64,000 bases of DNA from positions 1-64,000 of the IMG/VR virus record IMGVR_UViG_3300028536_000014; one strand, written 5' to 3'. Numbering within the stretch: the first letter of the stretch is position 1; every line of letters begins with the position of its first letter. Below the pieces are notes generated by a model. That model did not search any database. It was not told where the DNA came from and saw only the letters and a program-made list of their open reading frames with translations. Shown here in pieces: positions 39,225 to 47,625 of this stretch. The translations under genes and the position numbers were made by a program.

Positions 39225-39536
39225 CTAATACATCAGTTTTGATTTCTGACTGACTGGTTCGTTTTCTGTGAGATTCAATGCACGCAACTCACGAAATTGC
39301 TCGATTGCTGAACGTGGTCCTGTGATGAAAATTAGGAGTAGCACGAGTAGAGATAGCGGCATCGTAGCGATTTTCATCGCGTATGATCCGAGTCGTCGAT
39401 GCCAAAGAAGATTTCCATTACGACTGTGCTGAATATGGAGTGCTTGGACGAACAACACTTTCAAGACAATCCCTGCCATCAACCAGCAGAGAAGAAAGAT
39501 GAAGAAATTGAAACCAGTAAAAACTGAAGAAAACAT
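39225..39536 (-). CDS. Small membrane protein
   Basis: Two hydrophobic helices. Confidence 0.7.
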   Translation of the reverse strand: MFSSVFTGFNFFIFLLCWLMAGIVLKVLFVQALHIQHSRNGNLLWHRRLGSYAMKIATMPLSLLVLLLIFITGPRSAIEQFRELRALNLTENEPVSQKSKLMY

Positions 39537-39648
39537 CGGACTACTCCTTTGGTGAATTACTTGATTTGGTGATTCATTTAAACTGCTCCTTTAAAGAACT
39601 GTAGTAAAGTTTCCACAATATCTACAGCTACATTAATGAAATTAATCG

Positions 39649-40245
39649 TTATATTTTGCTAGCTTTTGCTTTGATGTAGAACCCATGAAGATTGGTTAAA
39701 TAAGTCAAAGCTTTTTCCATACCCCAAGCATGGACCATACAATTTTCCTTGGTGACATCATCGTCCGTAATGGTTCCACGAACGTCAGGCATACCTTCCC
39801 AGTCGATAGAGATAACACGTTTACGCCATCCCATGATGATATAACCCATATCAGTAAATACCATCAACCATGGATCGTCTTCTGATCTGGAATCGTATTG
39901 ATTCACCAAATGGAACTTCTTCAGGATCGTGAACCCAGCGACTTCTATGAGTTTGGCAAATTTCTCAACATCCGGTTCTGGCTTGGGTTCTGAAGCTTTC
40001 TTTGAAAGAGCACCACCGCGTCGAGTATATACCGCTCCACTCTCGATAGTATTTAATGCAACCTGATCAAGACTTGGTATGGTTTTAAACAACTGATCAA
40101 CCAACTCCGGAACATTCTTCTCACTCTGAGGACCTAGTATACTAAAATATCCTCTAATTGTAAGAGGAATAGATGAGTAAGCACCATAATACGGTACCTC
40201 CTGTTTATCAAAACTGAAACTCAAACCACAATCGTTATCATTCAT
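39649..40245 (-). CDS. Hypothetical phage protein
   Basis: 198 aa; WLMVFTDMGYIIMGWRKRVISIDW-type motif common in phage proteins of unknown function. Confidence 0.7.
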   Translation of the reverse strand: MNDNDCGLSFSFDKQEVPYYGAYSSIPLTIRGYFSILGPQSEKNVPELVDQLFKTIPSLDQVALNTIESGAVYTRRGGALSKKASEPKPEPDVEKFAKLIEVAGFTILKKFHLVNQYDSRSEDDPWLMVFTDMGYIIMGWRKRVISIDWEGMPDVRGTITDDDVTKENCMVHAWGMEKALTYLTNLHGFYIKAKASKI

Positions 40246-40275
40246 GTTAAACCCTGTTGTTAAAGTAAATGTTTG

Positions 40276-41193
40276 TCATTGAACGATGTAATCGTGTTCA
40301 ATCGTTCCTAGTTCTCGTTGACCTCTAAAATGCCTAGGGATCACTGTAACCCACCAGCCTGTTTTACCTTTCCATTCTTTGTTTTCCATCCATTTAGAAT
40401 TCTCAGTTTGAGCTTCAAAATGACGAAGATGTGATCGGCAGCTATGAAGTCGTTTAGGTGAACCACTTCCTCCATTTTGACCTTTTAATAATTCACGATC
40501 AACAATTGTAACCGTTCGATACCCATCCATCGGGGTTCTATTGTTCTTAATACATTTCTTATTAAGAACAGAAGAAGGCACAATTTGATTAATCCTGGTG
40601 GATTTAGAATTAATCATTAGTGTTAAATAGAAAAATATCACTTGACGATTGACTGTTTCCTCTATGAGTTTTTCTTTCGAATCACCGGTTTGTTGTTCAG
40701 CTAGAGCAAAATCAAAATGAGGTATGTCTGAGCGGATTTGGCCATATTTTCCGTCAGTAATAAACCATTCTATCATGATCGGACTCAACCCTATCTTTTC
40801 TTTTCCAACACCGTTGAGTATAAAATAAAACATTTTCCAGCTTTTCTTAATACCAGTAATATCAGCCGGAATAGTTTTATTTTCGTTAATAAACTCGCTG
40901 GTATCATAAACCAAAAGCCCGTAATGAATCGAATCACTACGAGTCTTATCAGGTATCTTAACTTCATACCAAACGACTTCACCTGGAGTCGGAATCAATC
41001 CTTCACTAAACCATTCTTTTTCGTATAATTCAAGTTTAGGAATCGGTTCACCAACAACAAATGGGACGGACTGGAATTCAACTTTTTCTGCTTTCTTCAA
41101 TAAAGCAATGAGTGCTAAGAAAAAGTCTTCATTATTATGTTGAGTTTTTCTTACACGTTCAAGTAAATAATCAGTAACTCTATGAGCTTGCAT
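40276..41193 (-). CDS. Hypothetical phage protein with C-terminal SP..H..R.H.R...RG...G.I..DY motif
   Basis: 305 aa; early promoter upstream. Confidence 0.7.
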   Translation of the reverse strand: MQAHRVTDYLLERVRKTQHNNEDFFLALIALLKKAEKVEFQSVPFVVGEPIPKLELYEKEWFSEGLIPTPGEVVWYEVKIPDKTRSDSIHYGLLVYDTSEFINENKTIPADITGIKKSWKMFYFILNGVGKEKIGLSPIMIEWFITDGKYGQIRSDIPHFDFALAEQQTGDSKEKLIEETVNRQVIFFYLTLMINSKSTRINQIVPSSVLNKKCIKNNRTPMDGYRTVTIVDRELLKGQNGGSGSPKRLHSCRSHLRHFEAQTENSKWMENKEWKGKTGWWVTVIPRHFRGQRELGTIEHDYIVQ

Positions 41194-41241
41194 ATTAGGC
41201 TCCTGAGGATGGAATTAGAAAAACGTTGTTAATCTTCAATT

Positions 41242-41311
41242 AGAGTATGTATGATTGAAATAATTTAAAAACAAAAAAAAAATAGAGAAGAGACTTCGGT
41301 CTCTTCTCTAT
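41242..41311 (-). promoter_or_regulatory. Terminator hairpin + early promoter cassette
   Basis: Hairpin 41282-41311 then TTTCAATCATACATACTCT; near-identical to 49970-50033. Confidence 0.7.
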
Positions 41312-41336
41312 ATCGATGTTGTTTGAATTAAACTGG

Positions 41337-41639
41337 TTATTCTGGATGTGTGTAAAGTGTTACACTGACCATGCCGGAACAACGCTCGCCATCTTCGTCT
41401 GAGTTTCTAACAAACACACGCGCCCAATTCGATTCTTTGCAACGTTTGACAATCGCTTCTTTGTCACCGAGTGTAGCATAACCTGGGATAGTGAACACGA
41501 GGTTTTCATTTCGAGTACCTCGGGCACGAACGGAATCGATAAAATTATCGCGGCTGAGATCAGCGGTAATTGCTTTTATTGCAACCTCCGTGAAATCAGT
41601 CATTTTCTGCAAAACTTCTGGACCGGGTATTTTCGTCAC
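41337..41639 (-). CDS. Hypothetical protein
   Basis: 100 aa, GTG start, own promoter at 41681. Confidence 0.7.
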   Translation of the reverse strand: MTKIPGPEVLQKMTDFTEVAIKAITADLSRDNFIDSVRARGTRNENLVFTIPGYATLGDKEAIVKRCKESNWARVFVRNSDEDGERCSGMVSVTLYTHPE

Positions 41640-41680
41640 GTCACATTTCCTTTTTAAATGAGATTAGATAATTCTCACTT

Positions 41681-41742
41681 AGAGTATATGTTACTGAAAT
41701 TTTTTAAAAACACAGACTCCAGGTAACCCCTGGAGTCTGTGT
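41681..41742 (-). promoter_or_regulatory. nrdB terminator hairpin + early promoter cassette
   Basis: Hairpin 41710-41742; TTTCAGTAACATATACTCT. Confidence 0.7.
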
Positions 41743-41753
41743 AGATTATGTTA

Positions 41754-42857
41754 TTAGAAGTCTATGTCGTAAATAACACCACTGTCATTACGAGTCATAA
41801 TGTTCACTTTGTAACTTGCTAATAATTGTTCTTGAGGACTTCCTTGAGATTTAGAAAGGTCCATATAGTTAGTCATATAACCAAGAGGATTCTTTTTCGG
41901 AATAATAAGATCAGAATCTGGTTTAATCTCAAGGAAATTATAAACATCTGAAGCAGAATGCATAACCCAGGCTTTTAGGTTTTTACCGTTTAGTCCTGAT
42001 AATGGATCTTCATCCATCCTCATATAGTCAACCCACGCACATTCTAGATCGATCGCACCACGAATCATTTTGCGAACGAAAGGTAATGTTTGTATACGAG
42101 CAATCTTTCCACGTTCAGTTAAATGTTCGTTTCTAAGAACTACTTTATCCATCTCGACATGAATCTCGTATTCATCATGACAGATCTTCTTGACGGCTTC
42201 GACAATTTGCATGAAAGCATTTGTTTCACCAATTGCAAACGTCACTGCAAAACTTGGCATAAACTGTATGCGTTCTAAAACCAAGAGAGCAATAACGAAG
42301 AGATAAGCTGCATTGTAAGTCTCTTGATTGTTTTCACGAAGTCCTAAGGAGTATTCGTGAGAGATACGATGTGTTGCACTCATGACATCACCAACTACAG
42401 AGAGTCGTTCTAATGCTTTCTTTTCTTTCAAAATACTAGCCATTGCAGTTTCGCTATCATCGAAACTGTTCTTGACAATCTCAGAATAAGTAGCAGCATG
42501 AACAACTTCTGATGCAGTAATCACTGACCATGCAGCAAAAGCTTCTGTAGACGTAATGAATGGTGCTAGTGTCGTCAGAATTGAATTAGCCGCAATAGAA
42601 TCAGCTTCCCATTGCCAAGCAATTGTTTTGACCATTCGATCGACCAATGACTTCGACCGTGTTTTGAATTCCACATTCATGGGTTTGAAATCGAATTCGA
42701 GTTCATCCCAATCGTCTGATTTCATACTTTTATAAATCTTCCAGATCTCTGGATGATTCTTGTGAACCGTATCAAACAAACCACGAGGTTGACCTAGGAA
42801 TATACTTCCTGTTTCATTATAATCTGTTTTGTTTGCATTAAAGATGTTCTCATTCAT
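41754..42857 (-). CDS. nrdB: Class Ia ribonucleotide reductase beta subunit
   Basis: WEADS, SEVVHAATY (radical Tyr), LERIQFMPSF, DEYEIH. Confidence 0.93.
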   Translation of the reverse strand: MNENIFNANKTDYNETGSIFLGQPRGLFDTVHKNHPEIWKIYKSMKSDDWDELEFDFKPMNVEFKTRSKSLVDRMVKTIAWQWEADSIAANSILTTLAPFITSTEAFAAWSVITASEVVHAATYSEIVKNSFDDSETAMASILKEKKALERLSVVGDVMSATHRISHEYSLGLRENNQETYNAAYLFVIALLVLERIQFMPSFAVTFAIGETNAFMQIVEAVKKICHDEYEIHVEMDKVVLRNEHLTERGKIARIQTLPFVRKMIRGAIDLECAWVDYMRMDEDPLSGLNGKNLKAWVMHSASDVYNFLEIKPDSDLIIPKKNPLGYMTNYMDLSKSQGSPQEQLLASYKVNIMTRNDSGVIYDIDF

Positions 42858-42872
42858 GATTTCTTATACATC

Positions 42873-45365
42873 CTAAAGTGAACATGAGCCGCTTTCACAA
42901 CCAACACTCTCAAGTTCCTCGTACACTTGTTCAGGTTGTTCTGGTCCAAGAATTTGGAATACTTCCTCTTGTTCAGGTTGATCCAAATTCACTTCTTTTG
43001 AAGTTTTTGCGTTGGTGTAGTATTGAGTCTTCATACCTACGCTATACATCATGAATACATGTTGAAGCATTTCGTCACTAGAAACTTTACTGTCTCCTAA
43101 TAGACGTTGGAAGAAATCTGCTGAGATTGACATATCCGTCCATTTCTGGAAGATACCATACATCTCGATCTGGTCTTTAATTGGAACATCCCAAGCCAGT
43201 TCATATTGGTCAGCAAGCGTATCGCTATCTGGAGCAGTCCAATAGACTTTTGCATGACCATCGGTTTTCATCAATGAAAGATCACGAGCAGGATAGATGG
43301 AATTAAATCCACCAGAGGCTTTCGATGAACTCTCACCAGGCATATAAGCGACTAATGCTGAGTTTCGAATACCACCGTTCGCAATAATGTCAGTCTTGAG
43401 TTGATCCCAATCATATTGGTTTTCAACACCACCGATGATCTTATCCACATTTTTGTTATAAGTATCCAGAGGAGTCCATCCTTCTGTCCACTTGGTACGA
43501 TGGATCCAAGGTGCGTTACCCAGTTCTTGACCCAATCGTAACGATGCCTTGATAGCGAAATACATGTGACGTTCTGCAACACGATGCATTTCCTGCTTAC
43601 CTTCAAGTGTTGAATACTTGAGTCCTTTCTTCGCCATGTAGTGCGCCAGACTCATGATACCAACACCAGCGTTAAGTCGATTCTTCGCAGTATATCCTAC
43701 ATGTGGTAATGGATAATCCGACATGTGAATACATTTATCAATCATTAACAACGAATAATACATTGCTTCTTCGTATTCTTCATCATCTTTAATGTTAGGA
43801 AGAACAACACCAGCCAACGAACACAATGCAACCTCAGGTTCTTTCTTCAAGTTTACGATTTCATCAACAGTATAGACTGTAGTGTCGTCACAATAAAAAC
43901 TACTTCCGACTTTTAGGTTTTGAGCTGCATCACGTGTTCCATCGACTAAATGAACAATATCAGAAGCATTAAGCGTTAATGCAATATGACGTCCTTTCAC
44001 AGTAAACGAAATATAACCTACACCTTGATCTGAATACAGATCTTTCATGTCCTCATAAGCACAAGTAGGTTCACAGATTTCGACACATAAATTGGAAGAA
44101 TAGATCGGATCCTTAAAAGGAGTATGACGGTTGATTTCACCGATATCAGCGAAATAGGCACGACCCGTTTCATACGCTTCATTTCGACTGTGAAGAAGGA
44201 TCTCACGTGCTGACATATAAGTTTTCTTAAATGTCGGATCGTTTTCATACCGCTCATAGATCTCGATGAATTTATCCAGATCTCCGCTGTAGAATGCTTC
44301 GTTTAGATCAGGAGCAGTAAATGCATTGAAAAGAAATACATCTTCCTTACGAGCAGCTTTACGACCTAAGAACTTATTTGTGAGCATCGCATAGTCAAGA
44401 CCACGGATCTGCTTATCAGCAGGTGTCATGGGGTTCTTGAGTCGCAGAATATCTCTGTTCTCTGGATCAAAAGCAGAAAAGAAAACGTTACAGGCTCCAT
44501 TACGACCATTCTTGATATTAGCTTGAACAGCACCGTACAATGCTCGGTAGTATGGTATCTTACCACGATGAGCAAACAAACCACCACGAACTGGATCACC
44601 GACAGAACGTGTTTGAAGATTAGTGCCGATACCTGCTGACATGACAGTCATCATGTACGCAATATGATCACCAACGCCTAGAGAGCGAGCATTATCATTG
44701 ATGTTGATCAAACAACAACTGGCATAACCATTCAGCTTCGTAGCAAGATTAGTATAATTCGGAGTTGGACAGTTGATCACATTTTTGGAAAAGTATTTGT
44801 ACCAAATTTCTACATCTTTGATTCGACGTTCCTTAGGTTGATCATTCCCTAATGCCATCGCCATTCGCATGAACACAAACTGGGCAGTTTCGTATTCTTC
44901 TTTCGTCAGATGGTTACGAAGTGCATACTTGTTACGAATTTGTTCTAACTGAGTATGTGCATAATCGAAATCACGTGTATGTTGAATCACGGTATTCAAA
45001 TGCACATATTCTTCATCGGTATATGAAAGCGGAACCATATAACCGATATCAATCAGCTTTTGATGTAATTCTTTAATAGTTGGGATCTCATCCCCATAAA
45101 AGATTTTGTGCAAACTGGCTCCATAAAGACGACCCGCCATACGGTTGTTTGCCCAGGTTCCTTGATTAAGAAAATGACGAATCAAAGCATCTTGAAGATC
45201 ATTACTGGTTGTCTTTACTGGTAATGATCTAACAGCTGCCATAACACCAGAAGCCCAATCAACATGGTCACCTAGAACTTCAGCAGCCCATATCCCCCAG
45301 CCGTTAATTTTTTTAGCCTGGTATGGTTCTTCTCTTCCGTTTCTTTTAATGATAGTCTCAATCAC
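42873..45365 (-). CDS. nrdA: Class Ia ribonucleotide reductase alpha subunit
   Basis: IKRNG ATP-cone start, CPTPN, ASCC, SSNLCVEI, ALCSLA, MPGESSS, KTQYY, C-terminal CESGSC. Confidence 0.95.
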   Translation of the reverse strand: MIETIIKRNGREEPYQAKKINGWGIWAAEVLGDHVDWASGVMAAVRSLPVKTTSNDLQDALIRHFLNQGTWANNRMAGRLYGASLHKIFYGDEIPTIKELHQKLIDIGYMVPLSYTDEEYVHLNTVIQHTRDFDYAHTQLEQIRNKYALRNHLTKEEYETAQFVFMRMAMALGNDQPKERRIKDVEIWYKYFSKNVINCPTPNYTNLATKLNGYASCCLININDNARSLGVGDHIAYMMTVMSAGIGTNLQTRSVGDPVRGGLFAHRGKIPYYRALYGAVQANIKNGRNGACNVFFSAFDPENRDILRLKNPMTPADKQIRGLDYAMLTNKFLGRKAARKEDVFLFNAFTAPDLNEAFYSGDLDKFIEIYERYENDPTFKKTYMSAREILLHSRNEAYETGRAYFADIGEINRHTPFKDPIYSSNLCVEICEPTCAYEDMKDLYSDQGVGYISFTVKGRHIALTLNASDIVHLVDGTRDAAQNLKVGSSFYCDDTTVYTVDEIVNLKKEPEVALCSLAGVVLPNIKDDEEYEEAMYYSLLMIDKCIHMSDYPLPHVGYTAKNRLNAGVGIMSLAHYMAKKGLKYSTLEGKQEMHRVAERHMYFAIKASLRLGQELGNAPWIHRTKWTEGWTPLDTYNKNVDKIIGGVENQYDWDQLKTDIIANGGIRNSALVAYMPGESSSKASGGFNSIYPARDLSLMKTDGHAKVYWTAPDSDTLADQYELAWDVPIKDQIEMYGIFQKWTDMSISADFFQRLLGDSKVSSDEMLQHVFMMYSVGMKTQYYTNAKTSKEVNLDQPEQEEVFQILGPEQPEQVYEELESVGCESGSCSL

Positions 45366-45633
45366 GGTTAATCTCTATTTTATTCATTGGAAAAAGGTAC
45401 AACTCAGGTAACATTAATGGTTTCCTTTACATGTGAGAGTTGTCAGTTTAGAGTGTGCCAATCGATCTGTTATATAACATTTCTTACAAGAGTTTATTTT
45501 TTCTTTATCATGTAAACTTAAACTTCTTGCATGTTATCAGTGAACCTAAACATTAATTACAAACAGCTTAAGAAAACCTCATTTATATTATATTTTTATA
45601 TATAATAAGGTAAAAAAAATATAACGAATGAGA

Positions 45634-46011
45634 CTAATTATCATTCGGTAAAACAGATTGAGGTATTTCTCGATTAATTTGTTTGATACAACCTGCGACC
45701 AAACTGTCAGCATAAGCAGATGATACCGTTTCCAACAGTTGGCGTGCTTGCATCAGACTTTGTAAGAGCTTCAAATAAGCATCAATTTGAGCATTCTGAC
45801 TGAAAGCATTTCCATAGTTAGGAAACGGTAATGGTGTAAATCCGGCTGGAAAAGTTGACTTATTTAAAGGTTGTTGAATAAAACGATGATGAGAAGGAAC
45901 GTAAGTTGATGTAATCGTTAATAACTCAGAATTGTTACTACGCGTGTTTTCAACCTCTTTTTCCAACATTCTGACGAGATCAGCAGTGTGTTTCAAGACA
46001 TCGTGATTCAT
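45634..46011 (-). CDS. Hypothetical protein
   Basis: 125 aa ORF with SD. Confidence 0.65.
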   Translation of the reverse strand: MNHDVLKHTADLVRMLEKEVENTRSNNSELLTITSTYVPSHHRFIQQPLNKSTFPAGFTPLPFPNYGNAFSQNAQIDAYLKLLQSLMQARQLLETVSSAYADSLVAGCIKQINREIPQSVLPNDN

Positions 46012-46029
46012 CTGGATATTCCTTCTGGA

Positions 46030-46251
46030 CTATCTGATACACCGAACATTCTTATCTTTACCACCTTCTACTAGCTTTAATCTGAGATATTCACACTGAG
46101 TCTTCGAGATATCTTTGATTATCTTAACCTGACCATTGTTATCGGTACTAAATAAGACATAGTGTTCATCACAATTGTCTTGAGCAAATGTTACAGAATA
46201 AGGAAACAGGATAGCAAAAACAGCAAAGCTATCCAAAAAAATATTTTTCAT
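46030..46251 (-). CDS. Small secreted/periplasmic protein with signal peptide
   Basis: Hydrophobic N-terminus ending TFA-Q; three Cys. Confidence 0.6.
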   Translation of the reverse strand: MKNIFLDSFAVFAILFPYSVTFAQDNCDEHYVLFSTDNNGQVKIIKDISKTQCEYLRLKLVEGGKDKNVRCIR

Positions 46252-46276
46252 GTTGATTCCTTAAAAGAAAAAATAA

Positions 46277-46308
46277 AGTGAAGAGCACGGAGTTCCGTGC
46301 TCTTCACT
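46277..46308 (-). terminator. Terminator directly after tasA
   Basis: 15-bp perfect inverted repeat agtgaagagcacgga / tccgtgctcttcact followed by a U-tract on the minus strand. Confidence 0.8.
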
Positions 46309-46315
46309 AACTTTG

Positions 46316-47533
46316 TTACCGACGCTGCCAGTTCCCTTCTTTTGCTACCCGATGCTTTTTCAGAAGTACTCCCTCCGAATATTCAGACGCCACCGGAAGA
46401 CCTTCAGCCGTACGATACGCGGTATAAAAATCCACCAAGAACCGTTTGACACAGAACCGAAGAGCCATGCGATGCTTCTGCAGAGGAGACTTTCCAGCAT
46501 GCTTAGGATTGTTTCCAAGCCGTTCCTTGTAGTTGTAGTAGGCCATCCCGTACGGAGAACCTTCACGCTCAACTGTGAAGCCCTGTCCCATCAGGAAATC
46601 ATTGATGACAGAGTTGGGATCTTCTTCGCCGATGGTCTTCTTGTCGAGTCCATGCTCAACAGCCAGCTCGAGACGTTTTGCCATACCCATTGCTTTGCCG
46701 TTGACCTTGAAAGAGGTCACCTTGAGGAATGCCGGTCCGATGACACCCAACAGCTTGGTTTTGAGGAACGGAGAATAGGTAATGGAATCACGAACAGCTG
46801 GGTTGTCGTTCTTGTCGATGTAGTCACGCTTCACCAACGAGTAGGACTTCATGTCACGTGCAACGCCCACCACATTGCACACCACACCCTTGTGAAAGAA
46901 CACGCCGTCCATGTTTTCCAACTCCGGAGCGTTCATCGCCTGTTCGAACGAAAGCCTGATGGTCTTGTTACCGACTTCGTATTCCACCACCTGGACGACA
47001 TCCAAACCACCGTACGCCCAAAGACTGGACGGGTACTCGGCCTTGTGGATGTCGATCTCGGAGATGAGAACACCAGCCGCTGCCGGGCCGATACCTGCTA
47101 CGCCTTGAAGAAAGTTCTTGTAGACAGGAACCGTTTTGAGCATGATGCCGATGTCAGCGAAGTGCTGCTCTTCGACGTCCAGAATCTTGACGTAGTTCTC
47201 GATCAGGAACAATTCGGCCATGTTGGTGATCAAATCGTCGGGTTGGAAATTGCGTTCCATCTGCAGACGTGTGACCATCTTGCCGCCGGTGATCTCGATG
47301 ATGCCGTCAGTTATACGATTGTAGGAATCACGCAGACGCTTCAGGATACCCTTTTCCTGAGCTCCGAGTTCCTTCTCAGACATGCCGTCGGTCGACATTC
47401 CAAGTTTGGTTCTGAAATTGCCAGCGGTGCGGTTACCGATCATGATACGCAGCTGCTGAAGATCGTAAACCGAACGAACCATCGTCCGAATCTGGGATCT
47501 TTGATATGCGGTGTTTGATGTGGGGTTACTCAC
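46316..47533 (-). CDS. tasA: TasA-like Nop-domain (IS110 C-terminal/Transposase_20-like) RNA-binding protein with no RuvC or HNH domain
   Basis: N-terminal coiled coil (RTMVRSVYDLQQLRIMIGNR); GVAGIGPAAAGVLISEIDI...SSLWAYGGL; YSPFLKTKL; YYNYKERL; HRMALRFCVKRFL; GTG start with AAGGAG SD; ~53-58% GC in sampled lines; adjacent to 36-nt dual-repeat array. Confidence 0.85.
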   Translation of the reverse strand: MSNPTSNTAYQRSQIRTMVRSVYDLQQLRIMIGNRTAGNFRTKLGMSTDGMSEKELGAQEKGILKRLRDSYNRITDGIIEITGGKMVTRLQMERNFQPDDLITNMAELFLIENYVKILDVEEQHFADIGIMLKTVPVYKNFLQGVAGIGPAAAGVLISEIDIHKAEYPSSLWAYGGLDVVQVVEYEVGNKTIRLSFEQAMNAPELENMDGVFFHKGVVCNVVGVARDMKSYSLVKRDYIDKNDNPAVRDSITYSPFLKTKLLGVIGPAFLKVTSFKVNGKAMGMAKRLELAVEHGLDKKTIGEEDPNSVINDFLMGQGFTVEREGSPYGMAYYNYKERLGNNPKHAGKSPLQKHRMALRFCVKRFLVDFYTAYRTAEGLPVASEYSEGVLLKKHRVAKEGNWQRR

Positions 47534-47625
47534 AATGATACTCCTTAGATTGATCTCACCTTTTTATTAAGGATGAGAAGATTGGCTTAACAGCTGGATG
47601 AAACGTTGACAACTCTGAATTCGGT

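Noticed and set aside
46313-47518. 401 aa plus-strand ORF antisense to tasA
   Set aside because: It is an in-register shadow of a GC3-rich gene, with no SD, no recognisable motifs and a promoter/terminator layout that fits only the minus strand
46316-47533. IS110/IS1111 insertion sequence or bridge recombinase
   Set aside because: The N-terminal DEDD RuvC domain and catalytic Ser loop are missing, there are no IS ends, and the adjacent ncRNA is a 36-nt periodic array rather than a single bridge RNA
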